Assembly: GCA_934463115.1 (NCBI GenBank) | Contig: CAKSIN010000010.1 | Coordinates: 3,239 to 67,238, forward strand | From: an uncultured Clostridia bacterium | Lineage (GTDB): Bacteria; Bacillota; Clostridia; UMGS1810 | Length of the DNA: 64,000 nt | Reading direction: 5' to 3' | Shown here: positions 55,695 through 64,000 of the stretch, one piece after another | How the letters are laid out: every line of letters starts with the position of its first letter | Position numbering within the stretch: the first letter of the stretch is position 1 | Made by a program: the position numbers and the translations under genes | Notes under the pieces: generated by a model | What the model was told of the DNA's origin: nothing | The model's input: the letters and a program-made list of their open reading frames with translations, nothing else | The model's database searches: none

Positions 55695-55958
55695 ATGAAC
55701 AGAATCCAGACACTTGATACAAGAAACTTGACGGAGTGTGAGGGCGGATGCGGCGAATGTCAGACATCGTGTCAGTCTGCATGCAAAACATCATGCGGTG
55801 TTGCAAACCAGTCGTGCGAAAACACATCGAGAATAGTTACCCTGAACACAAGAAACTTAACAGAGTGTGAGGGCGGATGCGGCGAATGTCAGACATCGTG
55901 TCAGTCTGCATGCAAAACATCATGCGGCGTTGCAAATCAGCCGTGTGAAAACAACTGA
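55695..55958 (+). CDS. Tandem-duplicated SCIFF (six-cysteine) ranthipeptide precursor: two complete units fused in one 87-aa ORF
   Basis: AAAGGAGA RBS. The two 43-aa repeats each carry TRNLTECEGGCGECQTSCQSACKTSCGVANQxCEN. The 129-bp DNA period starts at 55719 and 55848. The cognate radical SAM maturase follows. Confidence 0.85.
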   Translation: MNRIQTLDTRNLTECEGGCGECQTSCQSACKTSCGVANQSCENTSRIVTLNTRNLTECEGGCGECQTSCQSACKTSCGVANQPCENN

Positions 55959-55976
55959 TTTACCGAAAGTGAGTAA

Positions 55977-56010
55977 TCCGACCGCCGACGTGCGGTCGGA
56001 AATTTTTTAT
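55977..56010 (+). terminator. Hairpin plus T-tract between precursor and maturase (probable partial terminator or attenuator)
   Basis: Stem TCCGACCGC/GCGGTCGGA with loop CGACGT, then AAATTTTTTAT. Confidence 0.6.
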
Positions 56011-56024
56011 GAGGATTTTGAAAT

Positions 56025-57398
56025 ATGATACATTGCTACAAACAGAACGGATATAATATTGTCATAGACGTGTACAGCGGCAGCATACATGTTGTGGATG
56101 ATGTTGCATATGACATAATCGGCATGTATGAAAACACACCGACAGATGAAATAAAGAGAATTATACACGATAAATATTCCGATCGCGGCATAGACGAAGA
56201 TGAGATACAAAAGTGCATAGACGATATTTGCGCGCTGAAAGATTCGAATCAGCTTTTTGCGGAGGATATATATAAAGATAAGGCAGATGTGCTTAAAGCA
56301 AAAAATAATATTGTAAAAGCGCTGTGTCTTCATGTTGCACACACATGCAATCTGAACTGTACATATTGCTTTGCCAGTCAGGGAAAGTATCACGGAAAAG
56401 ACGCACTAATGCCGTTTGAGGTAGGAAAGCAGGCGCTTGATTTTCTGATAGCAAATTCCGGCAGCAGAACCAATCTTGAGGTTGATTTTTTCGGCGGCGA
56501 ACCGCTTATGAACTGGGATGTCGTAAAACAGCTCGTGGCATATGGCCGTGAGCGCGAAAAGGACAGCGGGAAAAAATTCAGATTTACACTGACCACGAAC
56601 GGTATGCTGCTTGATGATGAGGTGACGGAATTTTGCAACAAAGAAATGCAAAATGTCGTGCTTAGTCTGGACGGCAGAAAGGAAGTTCACGACAGGCTGC
56701 GCAAAGACTACGCAGGGCATGGCAGCTACGACAAAATAGTGCCAAAATTTCAGAGATTTGTGCAAAAACGCGGTGACAAAAACTATTATGTCCGCGGAAC
56801 ATACACACATAACAACACCGATTTTACAACCGATATACTTCATATGGCTGATTTGGGATTTACAGAGCTTAGCATGGAACCCGTTGTATGCGCTCCGACA
56901 GATCCGTACGCACTTACAAAAGATGACCTTCCGACACTTTTTGAACAGTATGAACTGCTCGCAAACGAAATGCTGCGGCGCGAGCGCGAAGGCAGAGGAT
57001 TCAGCTTTTATCATTATATGATAGACCTTGCCCACGGACCGTGTATATACAAGAGAATATCCGGATGCGGCTCGGGCACGGAGTACCTTGCCGTTACACC
57101 GACGGGTGATTTTTATCCTTGCCATCAGTTTGTGGGAGATCCAAAGTATATTATGGGTAATGTACGCGATGGCGTCACAAACACGGCTATGCGCGAGAAA
57201 TTCCTCAAATGTAATGTATATTCCAGACCGGAATGTGCCGATTGCTGGGCAAAACTGTATTGCTCGGGTGGCTGCGCTGCAAATGCGTATCATGCAACCG
57301 GTGATATAAACGGTGTGTATGAATACGGTTGTGAATTGTTTAAAAAGAGGATGGAATGTGCAATAATGATGCAGGTGGACAGGGCAATGAACAAATAG
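56025..57398 (+). CDS. Radical SAM/SPASM thioether-forming SCIFF peptide maturase
   Basis: CNLNCTYC radical SAM cluster motif and C-terminal SPASM cysteines (CGSG...CHQF...CADCWAKLYCSGGC). 457 aa. Confidence 0.9.
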   Translation: MIHCYKQNGYNIVIDVYSGSIHVVDDVAYDIIGMYENTPTDEIKRIIHDKYSDRGIDEDEIQKCIDDICALKDSNQLFAEDIYKDKADVLKAKNNIVKALCLHVAHTCNLNCTYCFASQGKYHGKDALMPFEVGKQALDFLIANSGSRTNLEVDFFGGEPLMNWDVVKQLVAYGREREKDSGKKFRFTLTTNGMLLDDEVTEFCNKEMQNVVLSLDGRKEVHDRLRKDYAGHGSYDKIVPKFQRFVQKRGDKNYYVRGTYTHNNTDFTTDILHMADLGFTELSMEPVVCAPTDPYALTKDDLPTLFEQYELLANEMLRREREGRGFSFYHYMIDLAHGPCIYKRISGCGSGTEYLAVTPTGDFYPCHQFVGDPKYIMGNVRDGVTNTAMREKFLKCNVYSRPECADCWAKLYCSGGCAANAYHATGDINGVYEYGCELFKKRMECAIMMQVDRAMNK

Positions 57399-57433
57399 GA
57401 TTGTCTTAAATAAATATGTCAATCAATAAATGA

Positions 57434-57470
57434 CGGCGGCAAAATAAATCATATTTTGCCGCCGCTGTTT
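57434..57470 (+). terminator. Terminator-like hairpin after the maturase gene
   Basis: 12-bp stem CGGCGGCAAAAT/ATTTTGCCGCCG with a 7-nt loop, followed by CTGTTT. Confidence 0.6.
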
Positions 57471-57471
57471 A

Positions 57472-57746
57472 GGCATGCGGGATTCGAATCCGGATGTGGT
57501 TTAAAAATGGAAATTTCGCATAATACTGCAGAAAAATCTGCGAATATACGGACTGTATTATTCTTAAATTTTCTTTGTCTTATTTCAAAATTTCCTATTT
57601 TTAAACTCTGCGACCTTACGTTTAGAAAAATTTATTGGATTTTCAATGCGGAGGACGCAGACAGGCTGTCGCCTTTCAAGGACGACAAATTGAAAAGACT
57701 TCAATTTTTCAAACGTAAGGCATATTGGGTTCGACTCCTGCATGCC
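57472..57746. repeat. Structured repeat element, copy 2 (275 bp, TA flanks, 22-bp terminal inverted repeats), inverted relative to copy 1
   Basis: The termini TAGGCATGCGGGATTCGAATCC (57470-57491) and GGGTTCGACTCCTGCATGCCTA (57727-57748) pair at 19/22 positions. Internal helices are 57614-57623/57711-57720, 57640-57647/57689-57696, hairpin 57660-57677 and 57499-57517/57588-57606. Confidence 0.75.
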
Positions 57747-57750
57747 TACG

Positions 57751-59418
57751 TTATTTATCATTTATTACGCCGAGTCCCGCGCATGAGATGATATCTTTTC
57801 CGAAATCGCCCTGCATAAGTTTTACAAATTCTTCTGTTTTCGGATTCGGTTCGTCGCGTATCACTGCATAATAATTTGTGGTGTATGGGTATTTTCCGCT
57901 GCCGATGCTTTCGTCACTCGGTGCAATACCGTCTATGGAGAGGAGTTTCAAATCTACATCGCCGAGCACCTGCGGCACTGTCTGATAGTAATAGTACAGG
58001 CTGTAACCGATTGCCTTGGAGTCGGTGTGCGTTGCGTCGTATGATTCAACATCGGTCAGAATGCTCGCCATTATATACGATGTTCTTTCCTTTGAAATTT
58101 CATCGCTTATTGATTTTCCGTCCAAGATGAATTTTTCCATTTGCGCATGGCTTCCGCTGTCGTTGTTTCTGCAATATGCGGCAAGCGCCACATCATCACC
58201 GCCAAGCTCTTTCCAGTTTTTAATGCCGTTTTCGGTGTATATTTTTTGTATCTGTTCGGTTGTAATGTTATTAACCTTGTTGTCCTTTCCGACAAAGAAT
58301 ACAAGCGCCTCGTTGGCTATCGGGATAAATTTCAGTTTTACATTCTTTTCATCGGCATATTTTGTAATTTCTTCGCTCGGATCGGGGACAAATATAACGT
58401 CGGCTTTTCCGTCAATCAGATTTTTGTACGAATTTGAAGTTTTCGAATGTGCCTTTGGCATAGTTTCAAGGTTGTGAGCATTTTTGTAATACACATCATA
58501 GATATTCTGTGTGATTGCATAGGTTGAGGTTGAGCCGTCGAGCCGCGGAATATCAACATTCGGAGCGTCGGAGCGCAGTATTGCCGGAGCATTATTTGCA
58601 AAGAAATCGCGTATTATGTAATACATATACGTTGCACATTCGTCTCTCGTAAGTCCGTTTTGCGGTGCAAAGCAATAGTATTCTATAAATTCCTCGCCGG
58701 TATCTTCGGAATCCTCGTAATCCTCTATGAGCATATACCCGTTGGCTTTCATAGCCGCGTAGGATTCTTTTGCATAATCGGACACAAGGTCGCTGTCCGT
58801 ATAGTGTTCAAAATCAAATGCGCCCTCGTTTTTTATATATCCCATATCGCTAAGCATGCGGCACATCATGGATATAAACTGTTCGCGCGTCACAGCGTTA
58901 TTCGGGTTAAACAAACGGTCTTTTTTAAACACACCGCGTTCGCAAAGTGCGTTTACATATGGGGTAAACCAACTGTCTGACGGCGTATCTTCGAAATATG
59001 TCACTCCGTCTTTAGGCTCAACCGAAAAGAGTCTTGAAAACACGGCTGCCGCTTCGGCGCGTGTCAACACCCGATTGGGGGCAAATGTTCCGTCACCGTT
59101 TCCGACCATTATTTTTCTGGCGCTCATTTCTGCGGCAAACATGCCTTCGTATTCCGGGATGTCGGTAAAATCTGTTGTTGTAACCTTAAGCGGGATGATT
59201 TTTTCCGTATTCGGCGCATAGGCATAGACCTCGCCGTCATACAGCGTGCCGGAAAAAGGAATTATCTCGCCTGTCAGCGAATCACTTGCAACCGTACAGA
59301 TGTTGCCGCTGTAGTCGTTGTCATCGTCCGTATCGCAGTATAAGACATCCGATGACGCAAATGCATTTGCCGAAATGCTAAGCAGTATCGCGGCAGTTAA
59401 AATGGTTTTTTTGAACAT
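57751..59418 (-). CDS. Secreted SLH-domain protein with a C-terminal PstS-like periplasmic-binding domain
   Basis: Start at ATG 59418 behind GGAGGG. Signal peptide (MFKKTILTAAILLSISANAFA), two SLH repeats (FTDIP..., FEDTP...) and a PBP type-2 C-terminal half. Confidence 0.75.
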   Translation of the reverse strand: MFKKTILTAAILLSISANAFASSDVLYCDTDDDNDYSGNICTVASDSLTGEIIPFSGTLYDGEVYAYAPNTEKIIPLKVTTTDFTDIPEYEGMFAAEMSARKIMVGNGDGTFAPNRVLTRAEAAAVFSRLFSVEPKDGVTYFEDTPSDSWFTPYVNALCERGVFKKDRLFNPNNAVTREQFISMMCRMLSDMGYIKNEGAFDFEHYTDSDLVSDYAKESYAAMKANGYMLIEDYEDSEDTGEEFIEYYCFAPQNGLTRDECATYMYYIIRDFFANNAPAILRSDAPNVDIPRLDGSTSTYAITQNIYDVYYKNAHNLETMPKAHSKTSNSYKNLIDGKADVIFVPDPSEEITKYADEKNVKLKFIPIANEALVFFVGKDNKVNNITTEQIQKIYTENGIKNWKELGGDDVALAAYCRNNDSGSHAQMEKFILDGKSISDEISKERTSYIMASILTDVESYDATHTDSKAIGYSLYYYYQTVPQVLGDVDLKLLSIDGIAPSDESIGSGKYPYTTNYYAVIRDEPNPKTEEFVKLMQGDFGKDIISCAGLGVINDK

Positions 59419-59496
59419 TTGAATCCCTCCGTTTTTATTTGGTGTGTTCATTGTATCATACGCAAACGGAGAAATCAATATCTGTAAAATAAATGT

Positions 59497-59533
59497 AATT
59501 GAGCTGAAAAGAGAGAGTCTTTTCAGCTCAATT
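59497..59533 (-). terminator. Rho-independent terminator downstream of pyk
   Basis: 16-bp stem AATTGAGCTGAAAAGA/TCTTTTCAGCTCAATT with a 5-nt loop. A T-rich tract follows on the minus strand. Confidence 0.8.
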
Positions 59534-59535
59534 AT

Positions 59536-60945
59536 TTAAACAGTATAAACCCTCAGCGTATTTGTCGTTGCGCCGCCCGATTCCGATGAATTTCCGGTTA
59601 CGGCAACCGTTTCACCTTTGCGCAGTTTCCCAAGATTTTTAACTTCTTCAAGCGATTCAATAAATCTGTCCCCATTTTTTGTATTGCATAATACCGGCGT
59701 AACACCCCACGAAAGTGACAATTCGTGATAGACTTTTTCACTCTGTGTTATTGCGTACACCGGGCAAAACGGTCGCAGCCCCGATACTGAATACGCGGTA
59801 TGCCCCGAACGCGTAACAGCCAGTATTGCCGACGCATTCAGGTCTACAGCCGTCATTATAACCGCATGACTTATCGCATCGGTAACGGATGTTCTCGCAA
59901 ATTCAAAAGACGTAAAACGTTTTTTGTAGTTAATTGATTTTTCGGTTGTTTCGGCTATCCTCGCCATTGTGCCGACACTTATTTGCGGGTATTTTCCGGC
60001 GGCGGTCTCACCGGAAAGCATAATTGCGCTTGTACCGTCGTAAATGGCATTTGCAATATCGGAGACCTCGGCTCTTGTGGGGCGCGGATTTTCTATCATA
60101 GATTCAAGCATCTGAGTTGCCGTGATTGATATTTTGCCCTTTCCGAGGCACTGCTTGATAATCCGTTTTTGTATTTCCGGGAGCAGCTCAAATTCAATTT
60201 CCACTCCCATGTCACCGCGCGCTATCATTACGCCGTCCGATTCGTCTATTATTTCCGAAATATTTGACACACCTTCTTCATTTTCTATTTTTGATATAAT
60301 GCGTACATTGGATTTCGGGCATTCGCTGCGTATAAATCTTCTCAAATCTTTAATATCATCCGCATTTCGCACAAACGACGCGGCAATGTAATCAATGTCA
60401 TTTTCCAGTCCGAACCGTATATCTGACATGTCCGATTCACTCATATACGGCATGCGAAGGTCTGTTTCGGGCAAATTAATGCTCTTTCGCCCGCTCAGAT
60501 ATCCGCCGTTTTTAATAACCACAGTGACTTTGCCGCTCTCGAATTTGATTACTTCCGATTCAATCAGGCCGTCTGCAAATAGTATTTTGTTGCCGACAGA
60601 TACAGAATCGGGCAGATGCGGATAATTTACAAAAACGCTGTATTCATTACCGCTGCACGGATTTGTGCATAGTTCAAACTGCTGACCGGGGCGCAGAAAA
60701 ACTCTGCCTGATTCAAATGTTCCGATGCGAATTTCCGGTCCTTTTGTATCGAGCATAATTGAAATGGGTTTGTTAAGTGTTCTGCGCAGTTCCTTTATGC
60801 GGTCTATTCTCTTTTTGTGAATGTCGTGGTCGCCGTGCGAAAAATTCATCCGCGCAACATCCATTCCACATTCAATCATATCTTCAAGCACTCCGGCTTC
60901 ATCTGTGGCCGGCCCGAGTGTGCAAACAATCTTGGTCTTTCGCAT
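59536..60945 (-). CDS. pyk: Pyruvate kinase
   Basis: MRKTKIVCTLGPA..., MVARGDMGVEI-type motif (IARGDMGVEIEFE). ATG 60945 follows GGAGGTG. Confidence 0.95.
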   Translation of the reverse strand: MRKTKIVCTLGPATDEAGVLEDMIECGMDVARMNFSHGDHDIHKKRIDRIKELRRTLNKPISIMLDTKGPEIRIGTFESGRVFLRPGQQFELCTNPCSGNEYSVFVNYPHLPDSVSVGNKILFADGLIESEVIKFESGKVTVVIKNGGYLSGRKSINLPETDLRMPYMSESDMSDIRFGLENDIDYIAASFVRNADDIKDLRRFIRSECPKSNVRIISKIENEEGVSNISEIIDESDGVMIARGDMGVEIEFELLPEIQKRIIKQCLGKGKISITATQMLESMIENPRPTRAEVSDIANAIYDGTSAIMLSGETAAGKYPQISVGTMARIAETTEKSINYKKRFTSFEFARTSVTDAISHAVIMTAVDLNASAILAVTRSGHTAYSVSGLRPFCPVYAITQSEKVYHELSLSWGVTPVLCNTKNGDRFIESLEEVKNLGKLRKGETVAVTGNSSESGGATTNTLRVYTV

Positions 60946-60966
60946 AAACACACCTCCGTGACAATG

Positions 60967-62271
60967 TCATATTGCGTTATCGGAAAGATTAAAAAATGCT
61001 TTCATTCCCGGATAAGCCGATATATCGGACAATTCCTCGGATATGCGCAGCAGTCTGTTGTACTTGCATGTCCTGTCTGTTCTTGACGGCGCACCGGTTT
61101 TTATCTGACCGGCATTTACCGCAACGGCAATGTCGGCTATTGTGGTATCTTCTGTTTCGCCGCTCCTGTGCGACACAATTGCCGTATAACCGGCTCTGTT
61201 CGCGGTTTGTATTGCTTCGAGGGTTTGTGTGAGCGTGCCTATTTGGTTAACTTTAATTAAAATTGCGTTTGCAGCTTTTCTGCGTATCCCTTCGCTTAAC
61301 CTTTCTGCATTTGTTACAAACAGGTCATCTCCCACAAGCTGAACCTTGTCACCGAGTTCCTTTGTGAGAATCTGCCATGATTCCCAGTCGTTTTCTCCCA
61401 CACCGTCCTCTATGGATATTACGGGGTATCTGTCGCATATATTTTTCCAGTAATTAACGAGTTCACTTCCGCTCATTACAATACCCGATTTCGGGAGTTT
61501 GTATCCTCCGCCGTCGATCTCCCATTCCGATGCTGCGGCATCTATTGCGATTTTAAAGTCCGATGTAGTGTTGTAGCCGGCGGCATTTATTGCGTCGCAT
61601 ATAATATCCAATGCGTCCTCATCTTTTTCCAGCGACGGTGCAAATCCGCCTTCATCTCCGACAGCGGTTGCAAGGCCTTTGTCCTTTAAAAGCTTTTTGA
61701 GGCTGTGAAAAACTTCGGCACACCTTGTAAGTGCTTCTTTGAAGTTTGAAGCTCCTACAGGCATTATCATAAATTCCTGAATATCAATATTGTTCCCGGC
61801 ATGCGCGCCGCCGTTTAAAATATTCATCATTGGAACAGGAAGAATATGTGAATATGCGCCGCCGATATACTGATAAAGTCCTATGCCGAGCGCCTTTGCG
61901 GCAGCGTGAGCACATGCAAGCGAGACACCGAGAACGGCATTTGCTCCGAGATTTGATTTGTTCGGTGTGCCGTCCAGCCTGCACAGCACATCGTCTATCA
62001 TTACCTGATCCAAAACGTTCATTCCCACTATTTTTTCGGAAATAATTTCGTTTATGTTCTGTACGGCGCGTGTAACACCCATACCGTTAAACCGCTGTTC
62101 GCCGTCACGCAGTTCCACAGCTTCATACATACCGGTGGAGGCTCCCGACGGCACGGCAGCCCTGCCGACATATCCGCCCTCGGCAATGACCTCGGCTTCC
62201 ACGGTGGGATTTCCGCGCGAATCGATTATCTCTCTTGCAAAAACGTCTACAATTTCAATAAACTGTTTCAT
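60967..62271 (-). CDS. eno: Enolase (phosphopyruvate hydratase)
   Basis: Start at ATG 62271 ([28 protein letters not shown]). Contains the SHRSGETED motif. Confidence 0.95.
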   Translation of the reverse strand: MKQFIEIVDVFAREIIDSRGNPTVEAEVIAEGGYVGRAAVPSGASTGMYEAVELRDGEQRFNGMGVTRAVQNINEIISEKIVGMNVLDQVMIDDVLCRLDGTPNKSNLGANAVLGVSLACAHAAAKALGIGLYQYIGGAYSHILPVPMMNILNGGAHAGNNIDIQEFMIMPVGASNFKEALTRCAEVFHSLKKLLKDKGLATAVGDEGGFAPSLEKDEDALDIICDAINAAGYNTTSDFKIAIDAAASEWEIDGGGYKLPKSGIVMSGSELVNYWKNICDRYPVISIEDGVGENDWESWQILTKELGDKVQLVGDDLFVTNAERLSEGIRRKAANAILIKVNQIGTLTQTLEAIQTANRAGYTAIVSHRSGETEDTTIADIAVAVNAGQIKTGAPSRTDRTCKYNRLLRISEELSDISAYPGMKAFFNLSDNAI

Positions 62272-62353
62272 ATCTGTGCACAATCCTTTCAAAAAAAATA
62301 CATACACCGCCTTTTGGCAGTATATGTATTTTATCACCGTAATGAATTTATAT

Positions 62354-62812
62354 TCACTTTTTTACAATTTCATCGGAATCAAGCATAATTGTTACAGGAC
62401 CGTCATTGAGTAACTCCACCTTCATATCCGCTCCGAATGAGCCTGTCTGAACCGGTGCACCGCAAAGTTCTTGCGAAATGCGCACAAACTCATTATACAT
62501 GTTTTCGGCACCGACAGGATTCATAGCGTTCGAAAACGACGGACGTCTGCCCTTTGCACAGCCTGCGTACAGTGTAAACTGACTCACAATCAGAAGTTCA
62601 CCGTTTATATCACTCAGCGACAGATTCATCTTTTCGTCACTGTCCTCAAAAATGCGCAGTCCAATCATCTTTTCCGCCATGGGTTTGAGCATATGTATGT
62701 TGTCATCTGCGGCAAATCCGACAAATGCAAGGATTCCCTGTCCGATATGCCCGATACATTTACCGTCGACCGAAACATCGGCTTTTTTTACACGCTGAAT
62801 AAGTATTCTCAT
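62354..62812 (-). CDS. dtd: D-aminoacyl-tRNA deacylase
   Basis: 152 aa ([17 protein letters not shown]..., SQFTLYA, NDGPVT). Confidence 0.9.
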   Translation of the reverse strand: MRILIQRVKKADVSVDGKCIGHIGQGILAFVGFAADDNIHMLKPMAEKMIGLRIFEDSDEKMNLSLSDINGELLIVSQFTLYAGCAKGRRPSFSNAMNPVGAENMYNEFVRISQELCGAPVQTGSFGADMKVELLNDGPVTIMLDSDEIVKK

Positions 62813-63246
62813 TTTCCTTTACCTGCCGCAAGTATTGCATGCCAGATTACACTTACGAAAAAGAATATTGCCGTTACCGCACAAAGGACAATAAGTGTGT
62901 TTCTTGCCCAAAGATTGCCGACATTGAAGTTAAAGAAAATAATCGCCGGTACGTTAAACATAAATGTAAATCCAAATCCCATTATCATGAGATATATCAC
63001 GTATTCCACAAAATATTTCTTTCTGCCGCGAACGGAGTGAAATGCCAGAAACGCAGCGGCAATCCAGCTTGCCGCACCGCCGATGCGTGATGTGTTTATT
63101 GCGGTGTTATTCAGCGCAGGGTTTTTGAGCCCCATATATATGAGCATAATAACCACAAAGCTTATCATTGTGAGTGATGTTGTAAACAGCATGAGATTTG
63201 AATGCAGCTCACGCGATATATTTAGTTGTTTGTTTTTTCTGTTCAT
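62809..63246 (-). CDS. Hypothetical four-TM membrane protein
   Basis: 145 aa. Overlaps the dtd start by 4 nt. No family recognised. Confidence 0.5.
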   Translation of the reverse strand: MNRKNKQLNISRELHSNLMLFTTSLTMISFVVIMLIYMGLKNPALNNTAINTSRIGGAASWIAAAFLAFHSVRGRKKYFVEYVIYLMIMGFGFTFMFNVPAIIFFNFNVGNLWARNTLIVLCAVTAIFFFVSVIWHAILAAGKGK

Positions 63247-63283
63247 GTATCTTCCTCCAAAAATGGTTCAATCAAATCGTGCA

Positions 63284-64000
63284 TTACATATTGCCGAATT
63301 CGTACATCACTGCGGCAACAGTGGCTATCGGCGCTGTTTCACATCGTAGAATCCGCGCTCCGAGGGTTACGGTGTGTATTTCGGCTTCTCGCGCCGATTT
63401 GGCTTCGCTGTCGTCAAATCCGCCCTCCGGTCCGATTATGATGTTGATGTCTTTCACGTTGTCAGCCGTTTGCAGTGCATGTTTAAGACCGGTTTTGTCC
63501 TCACATTCATACGGCATAATATTAAGCGCGCTTTCGTGCGAAATCGTGTTTACCATGCTGTCAAAATCAACCGGCCCGCAGATTTCCGGAACAATTCCTC
63601 TTTGACATTGCTTTGCCGCCTCAAGAGCTATTCGCTGCCAGCGTGCCAGCCGCGATGAAATATTTTTTGATTTTGCAATGCATCGTTTCATATTGACCGG
63701 AACAATTTTTACAGCACCCAGTTCAACACACTTTTGCACAATAAAATCCATTTTATCGCCCTTTGGAATGCCTTGGTACAGGGTGACATTTATGCTACTT
63801 TCGTTTATATTATCCGATTTGCCGGTTATTTCGGCAGTAATTTCCGATTTGCTTATTTCGGTTATGCGGCATTCAAAATCATGGCACGCACCGTCACACA
63901 CGCATATTGTGTCGCCGATTCCGAGACGCAGCACACCCGATATGTGTTTGACATCGTCGCCGCAAATGTGAACCGAGTTTTCCGATATTTGCGCGGGATG
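63284..64000 (-). CDS. rsmE: 16S rRNA (uracil1498-N3)-methyltransferase (5' end beyond the window)
   Basis: SPOUT C-terminus (IIIGPEGGFDDSE...LGARILRCETA). The reading frame stays open upstream of the listed Met through to the window edge. Confidence 0.85.
   Translation of the reverse strand, partial: HPAQISENSVHICGDDVKHISGVLRLGIGDTICVCDGACHDFECRITEISKSEITAEITGKSDNINESSINVTLYQGIPKGDKMDFIVQKCVELGAVKIVPVNMKRCIAKSKNISSRLARWQRIALEAAKQCQRGIVPEICGPVDFDSMVNTISHESALNIMPYECEDKTGLKHALQTADNVKDINIIIGPEGGFDDSEAKSAREAEIHTVTLGARILRCETAPIATVAAVMYEFGNM

Noticed and set aside
57470-57748. Possible tmRNA (ssrA). The 5' GGCATGCGGGATTCGAA... and 3' ...GGGTTCGACTCCTGCATGCC look like a tRNA-like domain closed by an acceptor stem.
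   Set aside because: There is no CCA or ACCA 3' end, no proper T-stem (the 5 nt before TTCGACT do not pair with CCTGC) and no resume codon or tag ORF ending in ...LAA. At ~275 nt it is shorter than Firmicute tmRNAs. A diverged second copy also exists in the opposite orientation (22964-23235), which does not fit a single-copy essential gene.

Overview
This 64-kb chromosomal window comes from a spore-forming Firmicute of the class Clostridia. I infer that from the gene content: sigH, spoIIIAA-AH, spoIIGA-sigE, a spoVM-like micro-ORF, sleC-like cortex lytic genes and a SCIFF radical-SAM locus. All family names come from reading the translations from memory; no database search was run.

Most of the window is core housekeeping:
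- a GH112 galacto-/lacto-N-biose phosphorylase
- the spoIIIA operon followed by asp23-nusB-xseA-xseB-ispA-dxs-tlyA
- radC, DUF1385-prmC, holB-PSP1, a 56-aa ferredoxin missed by the ORF track, and two methyltransferases (rsmI plus a TrmN6-like enzyme)
- an F1Fo ATP synthase operon
- a sugar kinase, an Ldh2-family/antiporter/ECF-S/DUF1836 operon and phosphoglucomutase
- a DeoR plus three-gene glycerol-3-P-dehydrogenase-like cluster
- tRNA-Arg(CCU) and tRNA-Pro(GGG)
- an iron/metal cluster (HMA protein, feoA-feoA-feoB, Cys-rich peptide, SCA-motif P-type ATPase)
- a small alarmone synthetase
- pyk-eno-dtd-rsmE on the minus strand

Things that ordinary annotation does not explain:
1. The SCIFF ranthipeptide precursor is a head-to-tail fusion of two complete SCIFF units in one ORF. 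Five of the six nucleotide differences between the copies are synonymous.
2. There are two diverged, inversely oriented copies (272 and 275 bp) of a highly structured element. Each has 22-24 bp tRNA-T-arm-like terminal inverted repeats, TA flanks and internal helices that are conserved by compensatory changes. A solo terminus of a third copy is also present.
3. A 331/332-bp tandem repeat reiterates a promoter plus a 5' leader module upstream of the GH112 gene.
4. A small toxin/immunity-like cassette is bracketed by 30-bp direct repeats that duplicate the 3' end of the upstream gene.
5. The ATP synthase operon has no free-standing delta gene. A delta C-terminal-domain-like segment is fused in frame to alpha, and the c subunit carries a signal-peptide-like extension.
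6. The HMA-gene promoter and the feo promoter share a TTAGTT-N6-AACTAA operator.

No CRISPR array, rRNA gene or intact mobile element was seen.
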